The notes below the pieces were generated by a model. The model had not been told where the DNA came from and searched no databases. It was given only the letters and a program-made list of their open reading frames with translations. Below, piece after piece: positions 49,380 through 57,751 of a stretch of 64,000 nt of DNA (within the stretch, counting starts at the first letter, position 1; the number at the start of each line of letters is the position of its first letter). The position numbers and the translations under genes are program-made. The stretch is taken from positions 65,976-129,975 of the forward strand of contig JBBTUY010000002.1 in NCBI GenBank assembly GCA_038063515.1. The letters are read 5' to 3'. Origin of the DNA: Patescibacteria group bacterium (GTDB lineage: Bacteria > Patescibacteriota > Minisyncoccia > Phycocordibacterales > UBA9973).

Positions 49380-49443
49380 AGGGGTCTCTCGGCTGTCGAG
49401 CCGAGAGTTTCAGAAATTTTTAAGCTTCAAAAATTTTGTACCG
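49380..49443 (+). repeat. Copy 2 (inverted) of the about 64-bp repeat; acts here as the smpB terminator
   Basis: TCTCTCGGCT-GTCG-AGCCGAGAG followed by TTTCAGAAATTTTT. Reverse complement of 40577-40641. Confidence 0.6.
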
Positions 49444-49480
49444 GAAAAATTTGATATTTTTTAATTTTTTTTAATAAATA

Positions 49481-49882
49481 TGGGACTGCAAGGCCTAGAC
49501 AATAGACCTTTTGTCATTGATGCATATCGAGTATGAACATAATCTCGTAAAACTTTGTTTACATGTTAATTGCAAAATTGACTGCTAAGGCAAAGGGGAT
49601 AGTCTCTCCATTCTTCGGAATGAATGACTTCGCTTTTGCTCGAGTTTCCGCTTTAGCGTAAGCTCGTGTCTACTCATATAGACTTCCGATATATACGAGT
49701 AGGCATAATATTATCGGGATAAGGAAATTTTTGCTCAAATCTTTCACTAAAATTTAGAGCTCGATTAGGAAATATTTTGTTCATTTAAGAATTTTCTAAT
49801 TTAAAACAAAAAAATGCGCTACATATGTAGACTTCTTTACAAAAATTTATTGCACGGGGATTCGATTTCCCCCAGTTCCACA
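49481..49882 (+). ncRNA. ssrA: tmRNA (SsrA) candidate
   Basis: 5' GGGACUG pairs with 3' CAGUUCC (with the G3:U wobble required for AlaRS recognition). T-arm GGGGA-TTCGATT-TCCCC lies just before the 3' end. An internal tag reading frame ends ...AFARVSALA-TAA at 49652-49654. The gene is adjacent to smpB. Confidence 0.65.
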
Positions 49883-49883
49883 A

Positions 49884-49921
49884 TACAAAAAATACTACCA
49901 TTTTAGGTAGTATTTTTTGTA
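49884..49921 (+). terminator. Intrinsic terminator after ssrA
   Basis: aaaaatactacc-atttt-aggtagtatttttt. Confidence 0.6.
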
Positions 49922-49987
49922 TTTCTAATATTCTAGGAGAAGAATTAAATAATTTTACTTTCTATATTTTTATGCTATAATTCTTCG

Positions 49988-51907
49988 ATGGATTTTAATT
50001 TTCTTAATAAAAAAGTTACGGGAGACAAAGATAATAAAGGTAAAAAAGGGAATGAAACAAGCTTCTCTCGAAGCATTTTGGGTGCCATTGTTATTTTCAT
50101 GCTTATTACGGCATTTTATTTAATCTTGTCAGATGATACAAAGCCAAAAGTAGAAATTCCAATATCAGAACTTGCCAATAGCGTATCTTTGGGTGAAGTA
50201 AAGCACATTTTAGTTGCAGGAGATGCTCTCACCATAACTTACAACAACCAAGAAATTAAGAAATCAAAGAAAGAAGTCAGCACTTCTTTGTCCCAGACTC
50301 TATTTAACTATGGTGTTAAGCCTGAAGTCCTCGCAAAGACAGAAATAGAGATTAAAAGTGAGACAGGCTTTACATTCTGGCTTTTAAACATTCTACCATT
50401 CTTGCTCCCTGTATTATTTATAGTTATATTTTTCTGGTACGTTTCAAAGCAAATGAAAGGTGCAGGTGTGCAAGCAATGACCTTTGGTCAGTCAAAGGCT
50501 CGTATCACAGATCCAAATGACAAGAACAATAGAGTTACTTTTAAAGACGTCGCAGGATGTAAAGAAGCGAAAGAAGAATTAAAAGAGATAGTAGATTTCT
50601 TAAAGAGTCCAAAGAAGTTTTTAGAGATAGGAGCTCGTATACCAAAGGGTGTGATGCTAAACGGTGCTCCCGGTACGGGTAAGACATTGCTTGCACGAGC
50701 TGTAGCAGGGGAAGCATCTGTACCATTCTTCCATCTTTCCGGTAGTGAATTTGTGGAAATGTTTGTGGGTGTCGGTGCTTCTCGTGTACGTGATCTTTTC
50801 AAGATGGCAAAGAAGGCAGCTCCTGCGATCATATTCGTTGATGAGATAGATGCTATAGGGCGCACACGCGGAGGAGGTTTTGGTGGGGGGAATGATGAAC
50901 GTGAGCAGACTTTAAACCAGATACTTGTAGAGATGGATGGCTTTGAGCCAAATGACAAAGTCATAGTCATGGCAGCGACAAACAGGCCAGACGTGCTAGA
51001 CCCTGCACTTGTCCGTCCGGGACGCTTTGATCGTAAAGTTATGCTTGACCTACCTGACCGCTCTGACCGTGAGGCAATCTTAAACATCCACGCGACTAAG
51101 AAGCCTCTTGCAGAGGATATAAACTTAAAATTAATTGCTGAGCGTACACCAGGATTTTCTGGAGCTGACCTTTACTCTCTTATGAATGAGGGTGCAATCC
51201 TTGCTGCACGTGAGAATCGTAAAAAGATTTTTCAGTTTGACCTTATTCGTGCTATAGAGAAAGTGATGCTTGGTCCTGAGAGAAAAAGCCATTTACTTTC
51301 TAAAAAAGAAAAGGAGATCACTGCTTATCATGAGGCCGGGCATGCACTCGTTGCATCTGTGCTTCCTTATGCTGACCCAGTACACAAGGTCTCTATAATT
51401 TCTCGTGGTAGTGCTGGAGGGTATACATTAAAGCTTCCTCTCGAGGAGCGTCGCTTGCAGTCTAAAAAAGAATTTTTAGATGACATAGCTATGTCTCTTG
51501 GCGGATATGTGGCAGAGAAGATGATTTTTGGGGATATAACCACTGGACCATCTAGTGATTTACAAGTCTCTACCAATCTCGCTCGCGCTATGGTTACTCG
51601 TTTTGGTATGTCTGATGTCATAGGGCCTATAACTCTCGTAAGTGGGGGAGGCAGGTCTCCATATGGAGAGATTTCAGAGAAAGAATATTCAGAAGACATT
51701 TCTACAAAGGTAGATGCTGAAGTTTCAAGAATAATAAATGATGGATTAAAGAGAGCTGAAGAAGTCTTGAGTGAACATAAAGTCGCCTTTAAAGCTATTG
51801 CCGACAAGCTTATAGAAGTAGAGACACTAGAACAAGAAGAATACGAGAAAATTCTTACAGTTCATGGCATAGCCCTCAAAAAGAAAGAAACTGAGACATT
51901 AGCCTAA
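49988..51907 (+). CDS. ftsH: ATP-dependent zinc metalloprotease FtsH
   Basis: N-terminal TM anchor. AAA Walker [12 protein letters not shown], Walker [17 protein letters not shown] zinc motif. Confidence 0.9.
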   Translation: MDFNFLNKKVTGDKDNKGKKGNETSFSRSILGAIVIFMLITAFYLILSDDTKPKVEIPISELANSVSLGEVKHILVAGDALTITYNNQEIKKSKKEVSTSLSQTLFNYGVKPEVLAKTEIEIKSETGFTFWLLNILPFLLPVLFIVIFFWYVSKQMKGAGVQAMTFGQSKARITDPNDKNNRVTFKDVAGCKEAKEELKEIVDFLKSPKKFLEIGARIPKGVMLNGAPGTGKTLLARAVAGEASVPFFHLSGSEFVEMFVGVGASRVRDLFKMAKKAAPAIIFVDEIDAIGRTRGGGFGGGNDEREQTLNQILVEMDGFEPNDKVIVMAATNRPDVLDPALVRPGRFDRKVMLDLPDRSDREAILNIHATKKPLAEDINLKLIAERTPGFSGADLYSLMNEGAILAARENRKKIFQFDLIRAIEKVMLGPERKSHLLSKKEKEITAYHEAGHALVASVLPYADPVHKVSIISRGSAGGYTLKLPLEERRLQSKKEFLDDIAMSLGGYVAEKMIFGDITTGPSSDLQVSTNLARAMVTRFGMSDVIGPITLVSGGGRSPYGEISEKEYSEDISTKVDAEVSRIINDGLKRAEEVLSEHKVAFKAIADKLIEVETLEQEEYEKILTVHGIALKKKETETLA

Positions 51908-51988
51908 TCTTTGCGAAATTTCTTTAAATTTTGTAGTATTAATATACCAACAGTATAGTTTGATATTTTTATATATTAAGCTGGGATT

Positions 51989-52062
51989 CCGTCCTTAGCT
52001 CAGTTGGTTAGAGCACAGAGCTTATACCTCTGGGGTCCTTGGTTCGAATCCAAGAGGACGGA
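51989..52062 (+). tRNA. tRNA-Ile with anticodon UAU
   Basis: Cloverleaf: acceptor CCGTCCT/AGGACGG; D-arm GCTC-AGTTGGTTA-GAGC; anticodon arm CAGAG-CTTATAC-CTCTG; T-arm CTTGG-TTCGAAT-CCAAG. CCA is not encoded. Confidence 0.7.
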
Positions 52063-52118
52063 CAATGAAATTGCTGATAGGTGGAGCAGCGAATAGGTGG
52101 GCTTTATGCCCACCCACT

Positions 52119-52158
52119 GCCCGCTCGTCGATAGATGTAATCGATAAGCAGGCTTTTT
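52119..52158 (+). terminator. Intrinsic terminator (long hairpin followed by TTTTT) downstream of the tRNA and upstream of the B12-module genes
   Basis: gcccgct-cg-tcgat-agatgta-atcga-ta-agcaggc followed by TTTTT. Confidence 0.5.
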
Positions 52159-52360
52159 AATTTTCCTAATTTTATTTTTCAAAATACACCACTATATAGG
52201 GCTCATTCGTCGTATTTTTTGACAACTTTCTCTCTTTGTTCTCTGCTGTAAATTTTGCTTGAAAATATGGTTATCCACACTACTTTCAACATTCTTTTTC
52301 ATGTATAATACTTGGACTGAAATATTTTATTTACAAAGTTTGACTTACAAGGATCCAAAA

Positions 52361-52918
52361 ATGAGCACAGAAAAAATAAACCAAAAAGATAGCTACTTAA
52401 AATTCTCCATGGCTTTATTTTTGTGCTTATTAATCAGACTTTTACCTCTTCGTGCTCCAAATGTAGAACCGATAATGACAGGTGTTATGCCTATGAGTAA
52501 AGCATACGGTGCTTTAGTAGGATTTATTTTCGCATTTTTGAGTATTATATGTTACGACCTCATCACAGGCACGCTCGGAGTCTGGAGCATACTCACATCT
52601 CTTTCTTATGGAGTCATAGGTCTTGCTTCTGCATTATTTTTCCAGAATCGTGAGGCTACAGGAAAGAATTTTGCAATATTTGCAGTGGGAAGCACGCTAT
52701 TCTTTGATGCTGTTACAGGGCTACTCACAGGACCGCTCTTTTTTGATCAACTTTTCTCTGTTGCACTTATAGGGCAGATACCTTTTACCTTACTTCATCT
52801 AGTTAGCAATGTTGCTTTTGCTATTATTTTATCGCCCGCCATATATAAGTTACTGATTAAGAAAAAAGTAACACAAGAAATTCTAACCATTACAAATCTT
52901 AATCACAAAGTTATATAA
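52361..52918 (+). CDS. Small polytopic membrane protein, putative ECF-type vitamin transporter S component (context suggests cobalamin)
   Basis: Five or six TM helices, about 185 aa from the MSTEKINQ ATG. Lies immediately upstream of B12-dependent nrdJ and pduO. Confidence 0.35.
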   Translation: MSTEKINQKDSYLKFSMALFLCLLIRLLPLRAPNVEPIMTGVMPMSKAYGALVGFIFAFLSIICYDLITGTLGVWSILTSLSYGVIGLASALFFQNREATGKNFAIFAVGSTLFFDAVTGLLTGPLFFDQLFSVALIGQIPFTLLHLVSNVAFAIILSPAIYKLLIKKKVTQEILTITNLNHKVI

Positions 52919-52919
52919 C

Positions 52920-55220
52920 ATGAAAACAAAAACAAACAATAAAATTTCAAAAAGTGAGCTCGCAAAGATAAAATCAATAAGGAACAGATTTGGTGAAGTA
53001 AAATCTTTTGATTTAGAGCGTGTCAGTCGTGCCATTTTTAAAGCTTTTGAGGTTACAACTGAGGGTGGGCAAGGTGAGGCTGATGTCGTAGCTGGTAATG
53101 TCTTTGCAAGTCTTTTAAAATTTAGAGAAGAGATAGTAAGTAAAAACAAAAAGGCTGTTTTCTTGCCAACTGTTGAGCTCGTGCAAGACCTCGTAGAAAA
53201 AGAGTTAATGAAGAGAAATTTTCCAGAAACAGCAAAGAAATACATCCTGTACAGGAACAAAAGATCAGAATTAAGAGCTACTTTTGGTCCAGTATCTGAA
53301 AATGTTCGCAGGGCAGTAGAAGAAAGTAGTAAATATTTTGCGAGTCCATACTCTGAGTATATCTTTTACCAGTTTTATTCTCGCTGGGTGCCTGAGCTTG
53401 GCCGTAGGGAGACTTGGATTGAGACTGTAGACAGATACATGGAATACATGAAGGAAAATCTCGGAGATAATCTTACAAAGAAAGAATACGACGAAGTACG
53501 AGAGGCGATACTAAACCAAGACATATGTCCTTCAATGAGACTTTTCTGGTCAGCAGGCAAGGCATGCAGGAATTCAAATGTATGGGCGTACAATTGCTCT
53601 TACATCGCTCCTACATGTACTCAGGACTTAGGTGAGATCATGTATGTATCTATGTGTGGTGCAGGACTTGGTTTTGCTGTTGAGTGGGAGAATGTCCAGC
53701 AATTCCCTCAGATTAAAAAACAAATAAAAGAGAAGCCAGCTACTTATGTAGTGAAGGATAGTAAAGAAGGCTGGGCAGATTCATTTGTAGCAGGACTCGA
53801 TGCATGGTTTGAGGGTAAGGATTTAAAATTTGATTACTCTATGATCAGACCAGCAGGTGCACGACTAGAGACTGCAGGAGGTAGAGCTTCTGGCCCTCAG
53901 CCACTTATGGATCTTATGGATTTTGCTCGTCGTAAGATTTTGTCAAAGCAGGGAAGACGTCTTTCAAACTTAGACATGCATGATATCATCTGTCAGATAG
54001 GTATGATTGTCGTTGCAGGAGGAGTGCGAAGAAGTGCACTTATATCTCTGTCTGAATTAGAAGATTCTGATATGCGAGATGCAAAGAAGGGACAGTTTTA
54101 TCTTACAGAAGGACAGAGAAGTATGGCAAATAATTCCGCAGTATATAATGCAAAGCCTTCTGCAGAAGAATTCCTCGATGAATGGACTGCACTTGTAAAG
54201 TCTAAGTCAGGAGAAAGAGGTATATTTAACCGTGGAGGACTAGAAAAACAAGTACCAGCTCGCAGATGGGAAGCGATAAAGGATGAGAGACAGATAGGTC
54301 TTAATCCTTGTGGAGAGATATATTTACGTTCAAAACAGTTTTGTAATTTGACGAGTATTGTCATCCGTCCACACGACACACTTCAAACTCTAAAGAAAAA
54401 GATGGACCTAGCGACACTCCTCGGTACATACCAATCTACACTTACAAACTTTGGTTACCTTTCAAAAAAGTGGAAAGAAAATTGTGATGCAGAGAGACTA
54501 CTCGGTGTATCTCTTACAGGATATTATGATAATACTCTAATCCGTACAGATAAAGTTCTCGATACTTTGAGACTTAGTGCTGTAGAGACAAATAAAAAGT
54601 ATGCAAAGCGTTTTGGTATAAATCAATCTACTGCTATTACTTGTGTAAAGCCTCATGGTAACTCAGGACAGCTCCTAGCTGTAGGTTCTGGTATGCACCC
54701 ATGGTTTGCACAGTACTTCATTCGTCGTGTGAGAATATCACATACAGATACTCTTCTTAAGATGGCTCGCGACCAAGGAGTGCCATGTCTTCCAGAAGTG
54801 GGTCAGTCTGCTGAGACAGCTACGACTTTCGTACTAGAGTTTCCAGTGAAGGCTCCACAGGGTGCGATATTTAAAGACGAAGTCTCTGCCCTTGACTTAC
54901 TTAAAGAATGGAAAAGACTCAAAGAGCACTTTGTAGAACACAACCCTTCGGCTACTATTTATGTAGGTCCTGATGAATGGCTCGCTGTCGGAAACTTCGT
55001 ATATGAAAATTGGGATTTCGTCGGAGGTATGTCATTCCTACCTAGATCTGAACACGTGTACCAGCTCGCTCCATATGAAGCAATATCTAAAGAAGAGTAT
55101 GAGAAGAGGTCTAAGTCTATAGGCAAGATCGACTTCTCAAAACTCTCTCAATACGAAGCCACAGACAACACCACAGGCGCAAAAGAATTCGCTTGTGTTT
55201 CAGGAGTTTGCGAGATCTAA
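52920..55220 (+). CDS. nrdJ: Adenosylcobalamin-dependent (class II) ribonucleotide reductase
   Basis: NPCGEI thiyl-radical loop and QFCNLTSIV motif. Class II length. N-terminal ATP-cone-like segment. Confidence 0.8.
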   Translation: MKTKTNNKISKSELAKIKSIRNRFGEVKSFDLERVSRAIFKAFEVTTEGGQGEADVVAGNVFASLLKFREEIVSKNKKAVFLPTVELVQDLVEKELMKRNFPETAKKYILYRNKRSELRATFGPVSENVRRAVEESSKYFASPYSEYIFYQFYSRWVPELGRRETWIETVDRYMEYMKENLGDNLTKKEYDEVREAILNQDICPSMRLFWSAGKACRNSNVWAYNCSYIAPTCTQDLGEIMYVSMCGAGLGFAVEWENVQQFPQIKKQIKEKPATYVVKDSKEGWADSFVAGLDAWFEGKDLKFDYSMIRPAGARLETAGGRASGPQPLMDLMDFARRKILSKQGRRLSNLDMHDIICQIGMIVVAGGVRRSALISLSELEDSDMRDAKKGQFYLTEGQRSMANNSAVYNAKPSAEEFLDEWTALVKSKSGERGIFNRGGLEKQVPARRWEAIKDERQIGLNPCGEIYLRSKQFCNLTSIVIRPHDTLQTLKKKMDLATLLGTYQSTLTNFGYLSKKWKENCDAERLLGVSLTGYYDNTLIRTDKVLDTLRLSAVETNKKYAKRFGINQSTAITCVKPHGNSGQLLAVGSGMHPWFAQYFIRRVRISHTDTLLKMARDQGVPCLPEVGQSAETATTFVLEFPVKAPQGAIFKDEVSALDLLKEWKRLKEHFVEHNPSATIYVGPDEWLAVGNFVYENWDFVGGMSFLPRSEHVYQLAPYEAISKEEYEKRSKSIGKIDFSKLSQYEATDNTTGAKEFACVSGVCEI

Positions 55221-55224
55221 GTTC

Positions 55225-55782
55225 ATGCTTTACACAAGAAAAGGAGATGATGGTAGTACTCACACCTTTGGTTGCAACCAAAGTATTTCGAAGAGTTCGA
55301 GTACTGCCGAAGCATTAGGCTCACTTGATGAAACAAATTCTTTTCTAGGTGTCACTCGAGCTAAAACTAAAGGATTAAGTTTTCAGACAGGGGATGGTGA
55401 GATTAAATATTCGGATCTCATTCTCATAGTTCAGCAAAACCTTTTTATGATCCAAGCTGAAGTAGCAGGATCTGATAAAAGTATAAAAGAAGAGAAGATA
55501 AAAGACATCGAAAAGATCATTGATTCTATAGAGAAAATCCTTCCTCCTATTTCAACATTTTTCATAAGCGGAGCCACAGAGCTCGGCGCATATTTTGATT
55601 TTGCTCGCACGCTCTCAAGGCGAGCAGAGAGGCGAGTGGTGGAAGTCAAAGAAGAAGGGAAAGTTAAAATAAGTCGGGAAACTCTCGCATATCTAAACAG
55701 GCTTTCTAGTCTACTGTATGCATTCGCTAGGATATCTAGCCAAGTAGAAGGCGAAGAAGAAATAAAGCCTAGTTATATTTAA
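55225..55782 (+). CDS. pduO: ATP:cob(I)alamin adenosyltransferase, PduO type
   Basis: LYTRKGDDGSTHTF...EALGSLDETNSFLGV matches the PduO-type N-terminus. Start set at the MLYTRKG ATG. Confidence 0.8.
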   Translation: MLYTRKGDDGSTHTFGCNQSISKSSSTAEALGSLDETNSFLGVTRAKTKGLSFQTGDGEIKYSDLILIVQQNLFMIQAEVAGSDKSIKEEKIKDIEKIIDSIEKILPPISTFFISGATELGAYFDFARTLSRRAERRVVEVKEEGKVKISRETLAYLNRLSSLLYAFARISSQVEGEEEIKPSYI

Positions 55783-55859
55783 TTTTAGTGTCAAAGATGC
55801 CCTTTGACATGTGTATAACTTTTTTGTAAAGGAATAATTGTGTGGTATAATAAAAATAT

Positions 55860-57746
55860 ATGAAAAAATATTTGTTATTTTTGTTTTCTAATTTATTACT
55901 ATTAGCTTTATTAATCCCTAGTAATTCTTTTGCACAAGTTGCAGATGATATCGACCCTAACCCAACAGGATCAGAATGCTTAACTCTCACAAGTACAGCA
56001 CTTCGATATAAATCTAAGGATGTAGAGGTACTTCCGTTACAAGATTTTCTACAAGCACAAAATTACCTTAAATCAGAACCAACAGGATATTTCGGTATTC
56101 TCACCTTAAAAGCTGTTAAAGATTTCCAATCCGCAAATGGTATTAATCCTACAGGATATGTGGGTCCTGTGACTAAAACTAAGATAAAAGACATAAGTTG
56201 TAATGGTGGAGGCTTAATAAAACCAGAGAGGTGTGTGACTGGTTCTCAATATATAAATGGAAAATGTATAGAACTTCCTCCTGAATGTTATCCTGGATTC
56301 GTATATAATCCAACAACTGGAATCAAATGTATAGAGAATTTAAATAATGTTATAATAGATGGAGTCTCTGGACCACAGACATTAAAAGTAGGTGAGGTGG
56401 GGACGTGGACAGTAAAAGCGCATACTAAAGATGGTTTAGGAAGTCTTTCATACTCAGTAATTTGGGGGGATGAGTCTAATTATTCTGCACTAGCATCTGC
56501 TGGTACATTCGAAGATCTTTCATGGAAAGTAGGTTCTCAGTCTGTAACTTTTACACATAATTATACAAAATCAGCTGAATATAAACCTATCTTTTATGTA
56601 AGAAGTGAAAATATAATCCGTTGTATCACGACTCCATGTCCCTCAAATGCGGGTAGTGCAAAGACAAGTATAAGTGTGAAGGTAGGTGAGACATCAAGCA
56701 ATGCCAAGTCTTCTATTTCAGTTGTAAGTCCAAATGGACGAGAGATATGGCAACATGGCAGTACTCAAACAATAAAATGGACTAGTACAAATCTAAGTAG
56801 TGCTCTTATAGGCATAAGGTTGTATGAAAAAAGTGGTTCACCTGTAGTTACCTTGGCACGAAATATTCCAAACACTGGTTCTTTTGATTGGGTTGTACCT
56901 ACTACTTACGTAGGAAGTAATTATGTAATTATGGTTTATCCTGAAATCATAGACAGTGCATCTACCGTAAGTGATAAAAGTGACGCAGCATTCAGTATTA
57001 TTTCTAGTTCATCTTCAGCGACAACTCCTTCCATTACAGGCATACAAGGTTTTAATTCAGCAACAGGTGTTTACAATAGCAACGAGGCTACAGCAGGTAA
57101 ATATCTAGTCTTGTACGGTAAATTTGCTTCTACTGGCAACAAAGTCGTTGTGGGTAGTACTGTGTACGAAGCTAAGCCAACGATAACTGATGCTAATGAC
57201 AAAACTCCACGTATCACTTACCAAAGTACTTCACAGATAAATGTATTACTAGGATCACAGGTAGGAAATTTACAGGTCTTAGTAATAAATGGTTCTGTTA
57301 AATCTTACCCTGTTCATGAATTTAAAGTTGTGGCAGGTAGTGTTCCAATTGTCACTCAATTTGCTCCATATATAAACGATGAATCTAGTACAGGTAAAAA
57401 AGGTATTCAAGGTTTTGATGCTATCACAAATACATATAGTGATGCTCAAGCGGTAGCGGGAAAATATTTAGTTTTATATGGTAATTTCTCAGCTTTAGGT
57501 GGCAATAAAGTATGGATAGGAAGCAAGGAGTACACTCCTACTTATCAAAGTGCAACACAGATCAATGTATTACTAGGTTCTGATACTGGAAATCTACAAG
57601 TATTGGTTAGGAACGGTAATATTAAATCAAATGTTCTTGAATTTAAAGTAGTAGCAGGTAGTGTTCTTGGAGCTTCTACCTCTATGCCTTATGGCTGTAC
57701 AGCTTTGACCAAATATAGTTCTATGACTGGGGTTATGTGTTGGTAG
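55860..57746 (+). CDS. Secreted cell-surface protein with signal peptide, peptidoglycan-binding domain and two about 100-aa tandem Ig-like repeats
   Basis: Signal peptide MKKYLLFLFSNLLLLALLIPSNSFA. PG-binding-like LQDFLQAQNYLKSEPTGYFGILTLKAVKDFQSANGINPTGYVGPVT. Repeats IQGFNSATGVY...FKVVAGS and IQGFDAITNTY...FKVVAGS. Confidence 0.6.
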   Translation: MKKYLLFLFSNLLLLALLIPSNSFAQVADDIDPNPTGSECLTLTSTALRYKSKDVEVLPLQDFLQAQNYLKSEPTGYFGILTLKAVKDFQSANGINPTGYVGPVTKTKIKDISCNGGGLIKPERCVTGSQYINGKCIELPPECYPGFVYNPTTGIKCIENLNNVIIDGVSGPQTLKVGEVGTWTVKAHTKDGLGSLSYSVIWGDESNYSALASAGTFEDLSWKVGSQSVTFTHNYTKSAEYKPIFYVRSENIIRCITTPCPSNAGSAKTSISVKVGETSSNAKSSISVVSPNGREIWQHGSTQTIKWTSTNLSSALIGIRLYEKSGSPVVTLARNIPNTGSFDWVVPTTYVGSNYVIMVYPEIIDSASTVSDKSDAAFSIISSSSSATTPSITGIQGFNSATGVYNSNEATAGKYLVLYGKFASTGNKVVVGSTVYEAKPTITDANDKTPRITYQSTSQINVLLGSQVGNLQVLVINGSVKSYPVHEFKVVAGSVPIVTQFAPYINDESSTGKKGIQGFDAITNTYSDAQAVAGKYLVLYGNFSALGGNKVWIGSKEYTPTYQSATQINVLLGSDTGNLQVLVRNGNIKSNVLEFKVVAGSVLGASTSMPYGCTALTKYSSMTGVMCW

Positions 57747-57751
57747 TTAAT

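Noticed and set aside
50488-51807. 199-aa, 61-aa and 146-aa minus-strand ORFs inside ftsH
   Set aside because: Antisense to a strongly conserved FtsH gene.
52000-52182. 60-aa minus-strand ORF
   Set aside because: Overlaps tRNA-Ile(UAU) and its downstream terminator.
52259-52360. N-terminal 34 codons of track ORF 52259-52918 (MKIWLSTLL...)
   Set aside because: The upstream extension overlaps the leader and terminator region and is hydrophobic junk. The ATG at 52361 (MSTEKINQ) gives a typical S-component size, so the start was moved.
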